Below, in pieces: positions 50,102 to 64,000 of a stretch of DNA of 64,000 nt (position 1 is the stretch's first letter; each line of letters starts with the position of its first letter). The notes beneath the pieces were generated by a model that worked only from the letters and a program-made list of their open reading frames with translations, ran no database searches and was not told the DNA's origin. The DNA is from Halocafeteria seosinensis (Eukaryota): the NCBI GenBank assembly GCA_001687465.1, contig LVLI01000170.1:1-64000 (forward strand), written 5' to 3'. Made by a program: the position numbers and the translations under genes.

Positions 50102-52327
50102 ATGGCGAAAAAAGGCAAAAAACGAGCTCGTGAAGCCAAACCACCCAGCCACAAGCAGGGTAATGACTCTTTCCAGGGCTCTCATAATGGTGTTTCAGGC
50201 GATACGGGGGAAAAATCAGTGGATACAGGTGGTCAAATCGCCAAAGAAGTGCATGAGGTGCCAAAGAAGCCGATGGTGGAGGAGTACCAACCGGGCCAGT
50301 TGACTGGAATGATATCGATTGCGGGGAGCAAAGCGCCTCCCCAGGCTTCCATACAGCCTAAGAAATCGCCCAAGAACAATGAAACAATGTCTTCCTCCTC
50401 GTCTTCTTCAGAGGATGGAGAGGAGGTCCAACCGCGAGCGTCTAAGAAACAAAAACGGGACACGGAGGATAGCGAAGATGACGAAGACGATGGCGAAGAT
50501 TCAGAGGACTCACAGTTACGGGAAATGCAACAGAATAAGTACATGAGACGGACGTATCTCGAAGGTGGGTCCAGTGACGATGACGAAGACGAGGATAGCG
50601 ATGATGAGGATATAGGCGAAGGGGATGAAGAGAAAAATGGCGAAGAAGGGCACGAAAGTGAAGGCGACGAGGAGGAAGACGAAGAAATGAAGGAAGATAA
50701 AAGGGAAGCTGAACTGGGGAAGCAAGCAATCTCTAAATACCTCGGAAACACTAATAAAATGGTCGGAGGGGGTGATTTTAATGAGCTCTACGAAGGCGAG
50801 GAGACCAGCGAAGAGATAGACCAGAATGGTGAAGAGGCATCTAGGGCTGAGGACGAGGAAGATAGTGATGAAGAGAATGAAACGTCACTCAACAACGCCA
50901 CCAAGGATATAGAGAAAACCAACGAAAACATTATTGATGCATTTGAACGAGGGGAGCAAGCCCAACTGGAGGGGCGATTGGAATATCCGGCAAACACTGA
51001 ATCGCTTCCAGAGACAGGTGCGTACGGCAATCTACAAGAAGAGGAACAACAAGAACAACTTGATGAGCCTACCAAAACCGAAGCCTCAAAAAATGAAAAA
51101 CTGCGTCGTGCATTAGCAACCCAAGAAGCGACGAAGCGGACAGTTTTCATTGGAAACGTAGACGTTTCTGTCAAGATAAAAGAGCTAGCGCACTGGATAA
51201 AACAGCACATACATGAGATCCTCGGTCACGATGGTCTTGATGCTGAAAAATTCAAATTGGAGGCATTAAACAAGAGAAAAGAGGAATTAGCGGTGAACGA
51301 AGATAAATCGCCAGAGAATATTGAATTAAAGAAGTTACAAGGCGGTGGTGGTTTTGTGGAAAGCATACGGTTCCGGTCGGTTCCCTTGCAGTCAGTGCCT
51401 GTAGAAACTGGTAGTGATTTCAAGAAAATGAGGAAAGCTGCATTTATCCGTGGTAATTTTGATAGATCGAAGAGCGAAAACACTCAGAATTCTGAGAATG
51501 AAGAAGGGATACCAAAATATGCTGAATCAATGAATGCTTTCGTGGTACTTACGAGCCAACGCTTTGTAGACCCATTGCTTAGATCTAACGGGAAAGTGTT
51601 GAAAGAAAAGCATGTTCGCATCGATCGCGCGGCTATGCCAGCCTCGATCAGACGAAACGCTAAAGTATCGGGAGGTGCAAAGCCTGAGGAAGGGAAGCAC
51701 CGTCGGAGTGTGTTCCTGGGCAATCTCTCCTTCGATGTAAGCGATGAAGAAGTATGGCAGCTATTTTCAAAGAAGATCGCGGGCGGAGATCAAGCTATTG
51801 AGCAAGTGAGAGTCGTCCGGGATGGCAAAACGAACCTAGGAAAGGGGATTGGATATGTGGTTTTTCAAGACCGTTCCTTCGTTTCAGAAGCCTTGGGACT
51901 CGAGGGAGTGCAATTAAGAGGGCGGGAGGTACGCGTGCGCCGATGCGCAGATACCAATAAAGGTAAGGTAACGAGTCTCGGCTCGGGATCGAAGCCAACG
52001 ACGCAGTCGAAGAAGAATGGTGCTGGTCCTGCGAAAACCCCCAGAAAAGAACCGCCGAAGAGTGGAGAAACTGCGAAAAAGCCCAGACACAATAAGGTAC
52101 GACCTGGTCGAAACGGCGCGACGCAGCCTACTGTCTCGAAGCCCTCTTGGATGGGAGCAACTCCTGGTAGAGATGACGACGGTAGCCTTAAGAAGAAGTC
52201 TAAGAGTGAAGCCGCGAAACAAAAGCAGGAGCAAAAACAGCGAAAGGCGCGCAAGGCGGAAAGGCAAGCAAAGAAAAAAGCTGGAAACGCAAAGAAGAAC
52301 ACCAAATTGAAAGTTCCAAAACAATAG
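50102..52327 (+). CDS. RBM34: Nucleolar two-RRM protein RBM34/NOP12
   Basis: RTVFIGNV...VESIRFRSV...SMNAFVV...HVRIDRA and RSVFLGNLSFDVSDEE...VRVVRDGKTNLGKGIGYVVF; acidic N-terminus, basic C-terminus. Confidence 0.92.
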   Translation: MAKKGKKRAREAKPPSHKQGNDSFQGSHNGVSGDTGEKSVDTGGQIAKEVHEVPKKPMVEEYQPGQLTGMISIAGSKAPPQASIQPKKSPKNNETMSSSSSSSEDGEEVQPRASKKQKRDTEDSEDDEDDGEDSEDSQLREMQQNKYMRRTYLEGGSSDDDEDEDSDDEDIGEGDEEKNGEEGHESEGDEEEDEEMKEDKREAELGKQAISKYLGNTNKMVGGGDFNELYEGEETSEEIDQNGEEASRAEDEEDSDEENETSLNNATKDIEKTNENIIDAFERGEQAQLEGRLEYPANTESLPETGAYGNLQEEEQQEQLDEPTKTEASKNEKLRRALATQEATKRTVFIGNVDVSVKIKELAHWIKQHIHEILGHDGLDAEKFKLEALNKRKEELAVNEDKSPENIELKKLQGGGGFVESIRFRSVPLQSVPVETGSDFKKMRKAAFIRGNFDRSKSENTQNSENEEGIPKYAESMNAFVVLTSQRFVDPLLRSNGKVLKEKHVRIDRAAMPASIRRNAKVSGGAKPEEGKHRRSVFLGNLSFDVSDEEVWQLFSKKIAGGDQAIEQVRVVRDGKTNLGKGIGYVVFQDRSFVSEALGLEGVQLRGREVRVRRCADTNKGKVTSLGSGSKPTTQSKKNGAGPAKTPRKEPPKSGETAKKPRHNKVRPGRNGATQPTVSKPSWMGATPGRDDDGSLKKKSKSEAAKQKQEQKQRKARKAERQAKKKAGNAKKNTKLKVPKQ

Positions 52328-52355
52328 AGATGTCAAGAATATTTCTCTCGCTATG

Positions 52356-57452
<5,097 letters not shown>

Positions 57453-58035
57453 CGTGGGCTTGAATGGTTCAAACACCAGGTATGTGCGTATACAAACGTT
57501 CCCGATTGAAGGAGGAGAAATCTATGCACAAAATTCGAGAGAAAAAGCGATAGACAACGCATGAGCATCTCCCGATCCCCAACATCAAGATGTTCGTTGA
57601 ATATAGTCTGTCGAAGACCTTCGTGTTTGAATTTCAAACCCTCCAGGCTGCCTGGCCCGGCGGTCTGGGACACGAGTCCCGAAGGGCCTTCGGCGAAGGC
57701 TACGTGAAGCTCGTCGATAATTCAATTTGCGGGTGAGAACGGATAGTGCTACGTAGTGGTATCGTGCATGGACCATCTGTCGGGTATGAGCGACTAGATA
57801 TGACAGTGACGGAAAGTGAGACAATCTTCTTGAACCTTAGATGGCTTCAGACTCAATCTCTTCAGACGGCAGGCGCATTGTGTACGTCCCTTTTTTTGTA
57901 CTGTGCGCTAGTGGTACAAAACGGTATCTGTTCCATTTTTGTCAGTCAGATCAGCTATACCCACGTGGTTCTGGCTATGCACGCTATTGCTCGACAAACC
58001 CAAGGTAACTTAGCCATATCAATTCCTACTACTAG

Positions 58036-61000
58036 CTAACTGGAATCTTCCCATCCAAATGCTGGATTTTTAGCAGATGATCTCTTGTCTTTACGAAGCA
58101 CGACTGGAAGTTCTTGTGCAGTATCATCCACATTTCCACCAGACTTGCGTCTTCTCAGCACAACCACCACTGCAACAAGTATTCCAACAAACGCTAGTGC
58201 TCCAATTGTCGCACCTGCTATCACGGCCGCAGACGAACCGCTTCCGCTCCCAGCCGCTGCAGAGCGTGGAGAAGCAGAGGGCATGGCAGTTGGCGTAGGG
58301 CCCGTTTGTAAATGAACAAAATGCTCAAAGGTACCTGCGTCATCGGAATCCTCTCCATTTATAAGCATTTCGAATGTGTGACTCTCTCGCGGCTCTTCCT
58401 GCAACTCTAGACTTGTCTTTCCGGTAGCTCCCCGTACATGGATGATTGGATCGGTTGATGCTGCTGCGTTGACCCATTCACTGGTAATCAGAGCATCCAC
58501 CAGGCTGCTGGAGTTATTGGGTATACCAAACAATTGAGTGAAAACGGCAACCTCTTTGCCTGCTGGAGATACGCCATAGAGGACAATAAAATCCCCCTCC
58601 TGTTTTACCCAAGTAGCGGCACTAACGCTAAGTAGTCGGTTGGTTGAAAAATCAAACCCTCCAGAACACTTAACTTCCCCACCGGTGCTCCCACAAACAA
58701 CCGACTGCCTAGATACTCCTTGCGTAGCTAAATTACTTGTGTCGAAAACTAGCACAAATTCACGGTCAATGGATACAGCGAACTCAGGGTTTTCAAAGGA
58801 AAACGTTTTCTCCTTTATCGCAGGTCCAGTACCAACGGTTCCCTCCCAAGCATTTTTCAAAAGAGAAACCACAGTTGCTTCTACACCACTGTCGGAGCAG
58901 TTCCACGACATGACAATGAAAGGTTTGCCATTTTTGTCCTTGCCAAATACTTTGACTCCCTCATGTAAGAGGCAACCACTGGAATCTTGCTGCACGTTTA
59001 TGGGAGAAACATTGACTGTATCGCTATCGGTGTTTTGCGTTGCAAGAATTTTTCCCTCTTCTCCAGAGGCAAGGCCGACAACGTAGGTAGTTAAGTCCCA
59101 CGTAAGTGCATCCACACTCCTTCCTACTGTTTGGTCTTGTCTGCAACTATTGCAACCAATGATCACTTGTTTTGATTGGCAGTCACTAGAAGCGTCAACA
59201 GGGGTCAATAACATCTCTCTCGATGCAGGAACTCCGGTGAGCAAGAATGGCTCATTGTTGAGCTCTGTTCCCCGAGGAAGATAGCTTAACGACCCGACAG
59301 ACGTTGGACGAGTACATGCACTGAACTGCTTAACCGTGTTGTTTGTCACTACGCCACCTTCACCTTGTCGTCCAGGAACTCTAGTTGCGGAAGCACTGTG
59401 GGTAGAAGTCGGCGACGGAGCGCGAGGTGAACTCGTTGGCACAAACGTTGGAGTACCACTAGGAGTAACTCTTGGGGTAGGGGTTGGCGGTGATAGGTCT
59501 GCATGGTCCGAATACAAATGAGACATATGGATACCTGCCCATTGTTAAAACCCAGTACACACCTCGAATGACAGCATCTCCTTGAGCTAAAGAGGGGGGC
59601 ATTGGGGGAGCAATGCAGTCGACATCTATCACTCCTACCCCTTCGTTCCAACCAAAGTAATGTGGATTCAACCACACAAAGCGCTCCTGTCGATTCTCGT
59701 ACGCGGTTTCGTACGTAAAACTAAGGCAGTACCAGTTCTGTGTCCCGTTCCCGCCAGGGAGCTTATCAGGATTAACGACAAAGCTGAACATGACAAAAAG
59801 ATCCCGGTTAAGCGTAAACAGGGCGTGAGCTAAGAAAGAATAAAAACGAACTTACTTCAGAACAGCTGCGTCGTCGCAAACCACGTTGTGTTCAACTCCT
59901 TTACAGAACTGGAAGTTTGGTTTTTTCTCTGTTGGGTTCCAGAAGAAATTGAAAGAAGCACGGGTACCGTCTTGCAAAAAGAAAAACCTTCGTCTGCATG
60001 TATCATAAAGGAAACTCTTACGCCTACCAATAATTCTACAATAAAAACCGGACTACATACTGCAGTTCGCCAGGAAGTCGCTGGCACATCCCTTCATGAA
60101 TGTCGGTCATCGAAGGAGGAGTACTACATGCGGAACTCAGCACCCCGGAGGTTCCATCGAAAGAAATCACGAGAGACCTGTTTTTCTCCGTTAAACCGTA
60201 AGAGGTAGTATATTCGAAATCCAAGCAGTAACCAATTGACGGGAGATCGGAAATGTTTCTGCATGAGAACGACCAGAGTCAACTTAACGTTCGCCTCTCC
60301 GGCGTTCCAAAACATACTTAAGCATAGCATTGTTACAATGCCCGTTTCCAGTGCAGAATTGAAAGGTGTCTGTTCCGACGTCGTTTCTGCCTGGATGCTC
60401 AGTAAGATTCAGAGAGCCACACGCTCCGCCATCAACTGGACCCTGGTAAAAGACGTTTGCTTTCCTGTGAAAATAAATTATATATCACATGCTTGCGTCG
60501 TTGTCTATAGCACCATGAACTGTCGTGCAACATACCTCGAAGATCTCGGGAGAATTGGACATATTCCCGCTGTGAGAAAACGACGATGCAACCTTCGCTA
60601 CAGTGGCTAGTAACAACCGTCGAGCAGTTCATCCGCCAACTTACGTGTTAGGACATTACTATATGCACGGAGATTCTTTTCCCCAGGCAAACCACTTCTA
60701 CATACGGTCTCAGAAAAGAAGGCGGATGATTCACTAGTTGTCTGATTCACCGTCATCCATAGCACTCGTCGCTCTGGTTCACCCTCAATGATGTCCGGCA
60801 CGGAGAATTCAATACAAAACCAAGTCGCACCACTCTGATCTTTAGACTTGTAGAATAATCTGCAACCGGGACATAAGACCAAACCTCATCTGTGAGATGC
60901 CGCCCCAACTGACACACATACTCTAAAACTGAGAAATGAGAATCGGACGCGCTGGCAGGCTCTGTGCATTGTCGACGACCGCCGACGCCTCTACAGTACT

Positions 61001-63837
61001 CAAATACGTCGAAATCGTCATAGCCGCGAATAGCCGCATTCTCTTCAAATAATGGTCCCGACAAATTGAACGAACCACATGTTCCGTTTCGATCCCAGAA
61101 TCTTAGCTGTTGTCTGCATGTCTCTCAATAGTTGATACGAGCTACCTCAACATGAACGTGTTACAGTACGTACCGCAAACTTGTGGGTAGTGCTTGACAC
61201 ATTTGTCCTGCGTAAATCCATTGTTAGCATGAAAGCATTCATACACGGACATTTTGGTAGGAGAGTAAACACACCATCTGAGGAAATTCGACTGGGACGA
61301 AAATCTAGTAAGGGATCACCATTACAGTCTGAGGATATCGCCGCCTCGCTACCATTCTCTTTCAACCATAGGAAAGAAGCACCGTCTGTAGTGATGGCGC
61401 TCGAGAACTCAATACAATACCATCCATTTGTCGTGTTTCTGATACATGAAAAATAGGAGAGAAGAGTGCTACAGTATAAATTTTCGCAAGATCAGGTTCG
61501 GCGTCACTTACGATATAGTTTTCAATCTGGCATCCGCATCACAGGCACGCTCCGTCTGTCCGAGGAAATCACTTTCGCCGTTCTGACAATAGCGAAACTG
61601 ACTATATAATCTTGGACCGTGCGATCCGCCTGCTGGAGGATTGCCCGAGAAATTAAACGATCGACAAGTACCTTCAAAGTCGTTAAACTTGATGAATTTT
61701 CTGCAAATACCATATCAAAGTTAATAGTCTTATGTATACCTCCCAACTGTGTGAAACACATACTGAGTTTCACTTGTCAACCCTTTGCATCGTCCGGCTG
61801 TTACAAATACCAATAGGAGTCATCATGCGCTATAGTCATTGGTACCATTCAAAAATATAATCACGGGTATGTACCTTGAAGGCTATAGAAATTGGGAGGC
61901 TCTTCGTCGCATCCGACGCTCATCGCTGCACGTGTCGTTCCTTGACCATCGGTTTCTAGCCATAGAAACGTGGCAGTGCCGTTCCAAAGAAATTCTACAC
62001 AGAAACTGGTAGATTCCCCATTCCCTCTCATCTTGTGTATGTCTCTGTGAGGTAAGAAACATTTGCGCCTCTAAACCGGCAACGAAGACGGACAAAACGT
62101 ACACCGTACGTACTGTGTGGAAGCAGGTAGACAACTTGCCAGGGAAGCGTTAGTGTCCTGGCAGAAACGAAAGTTCGAAACTGGTCCATTAAGCCCAGGC
62201 ATTGTTGAAAAATCAAATGAGCGACAACTTCCATCTTGTTTAAATTGGTGTTCCCCTCTGTATAAAAAATCCACAGCCTACTTGTAAATTGGGGAAATGC
62301 TCAAGGTGCTTGGCTTACGTCACTGGCAGTATTGGACAGTCGGAATCAACTGCGAGGCATAAAAGCAACAGGAAAAAAGTGCTCCATAAAAAGCAAGGGG
62401 GAAATTTGTATACAACTGTACCCAATACGTCTTCGCTTGCTTCAGGAGCGTCATTTTCCTGACAAGGGATTCCTGAAGGCTCCACTGCCAGGAACACTGA
62501 TTGGTTCACTGCTGTCTTGCTCATCCAGAGTGAAAAGTGTTTCGTTTCAAACGGCCCGAAGAATATGCAGGTCCAGTCTCGGGTGTTCCCTAGCATTGAG
62601 TTTACGGTGCTGAAATGACCACAAAATTAAAGCACAATTCCAATTTCCATGCATCTGTGGTAGTGCATGAATGTCCTCACCTAATTACCAAATCTTCGCC
62701 ACAAACACGGTCTCCAAAAGACCCTCGACAAAATTTATGCAACGTGTCACCTTCGTTTGGGTTGCTACCATCGAAGTCTACCGATACGCATTGTTCTCCT
62801 TTAATAGAGTCAGGGTCGGAAAATCGAAAAGGGTTACTACTGCAAATACGAGTTGAGCATAGAACCTAGTGGGTCACAGAGTAAGGAACGATTCCAGCTT
62901 ACCGGAAAAAAATAGGAACCTCGCCACACATCGCATCTGTTAAGGTACGCCAGGCCTCTATATATTAACAGAGAAAACTACTTAATCCAATACAAAAACT
63001 TACTCTCAGTTTTTGATTGGTACATAAGAAGTGGTTCTTCTCCAGCACAATCCGAGGAGAGAACCGCATGACTAGCGTCGTTTGACATCCAAACATAATT
63101 TGACACTTGCAAAGTTGTTGAGAACTCCACACAGAACCAGTTTTCTACATTCTCGTGGAACACGACGGAGCTGCAGCTAAAAGGTACAGGGTCAAGAATT
63201 GGAGGCCCCGACCAAACAGCGAACATACCTTATTTGTGCATTTGGATCAACATCGATGTCACTCCGTTTTGATCTCAAAGCTAGAGTAAATTCGTCAGTA
63301 GCGTTATTAATGTTGGAAAAATCGAAGGATACACATTCTCCATGTCGGCTCTTAGCAGTATATATCAGCCTATTGTCAAACTTGACTTTACGTTGCGCGC
63401 TGCAAAGGACATAACTCATGAGTACGAAGTTTGCAAGAGTCAACATTTAGGAAACGCATGGCAAAGTTTCGTTACATGACTCTGAGACAATTTGCACAGT
63501 GCCACCGACTCCAGAAACAAGCAAAGAAGGCTCCTACAAGCTTTCAGTCCCGGTTTAGACTAATTCTTGTAATCTAATCGCTCTGATATGTGCTAAGAGA
63601 TCGAATAGTGAAACCTGACCGAGTTGTGTGGTTAAGAAACACCACCCAAAAACAACCTCAGGCTATACTGGGGCATGCAGAGTGCTCTCCTTACCTTTCA
63701 GGAATACCCCCGCTAGTAACTTGTTCGATCGCTTCAGCTGGAGCTCCCGTGGCAGCTACTAATGATAGCAGAACAAATCCGAAGATAGATGTTAGCCCTG
63801 GCAGGGCTGGCTTCAGAATCAACTGAATCATTTTCAT
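58036..63837 (-). CDS. Type I membrane surface protein (~1,400 aa) with seven tandem Cys-rich repeats; about 21 exons
   Basis: Signal peptide-like MKMIQLILKPALPGLTSIFGFVLLSLVAATGAPAEA (ATG 63837). Manual GT-AG splicing gives one open frame through seven repeats, a Pro/Thr linker, a ~350-aa ectodomain, TM AAVIAGATIGALAFVGILVAVVVVL-RRRK and a short tail ending NPAFGWEDSS. Confidence 0.8.
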
Positions 63838-64000
63838 CCAGAAAAGCTTTCCATCGTTTTTCCGGTAGACAAAAACTTTAAAACGTTCCTACATTGCCCG
63901 AGCAAAACGATCCGGGTCAGATGCTCCTTGAGGCTTAAGCCTCGATATGTTAGCGCTGAAGCAGCGGAGTCTAGGGATAAACATTCTTCAGGAGTATCTT

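Noticed and set aside
59500..63400. Fragmented short ORFs suggesting a pseudogene
   Set aside because: Canonical GT-AG splicing restores one continuous frame across the region.

Overview
Gene-dense eukaryotic (protist-type) nuclear DNA using the standard genetic code, with many short GT-AG introns (mostly ~50-130 nt) and very short intergenic regions. About 25 protein-coding genes can be supported. Housekeeping genes: LSM12, TIM50, PNP, NOP15/NIFK, PKA catalytic subunit, PQ-loop transporter, cytochrome b5/b5-reductase fusion, AcpS-type PPTase, SUA5, PHAX, ACAP-type ArfGAP, uL15m, NUP155, eIF2D, RBM34, TBCD. Ciliary genes (MKKS/BBS6, RSPH9, LRRC23-like) imply a flagellated cell; the exact taxon cannot be determined here. 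Most unusual items: (1) a ~1,400-aa type I surface protein at 58-64 kb built from seven Cys-rich repeats, each encoded by a three-exon cassette with 34-nt micro-exons, which the ORF track shows only as fragments; (2) a ~1,900-aa intron-containing gene combining two PriCT-2-like domains with FN3 domains that carry nested EF-hand-like pairs; (3) a positionally fixed AACTTCAAC element at the centre of ~280-bp bidirectional promoters; (4) a PNP with a putative C-terminal membrane anchor; (5) convergent genes whose stop codons almost touch. No rRNA, tRNA, CRISPR or recognisable transposon was found. Gene models were spliced by eye and family calls come from recalled motifs, not database searches.
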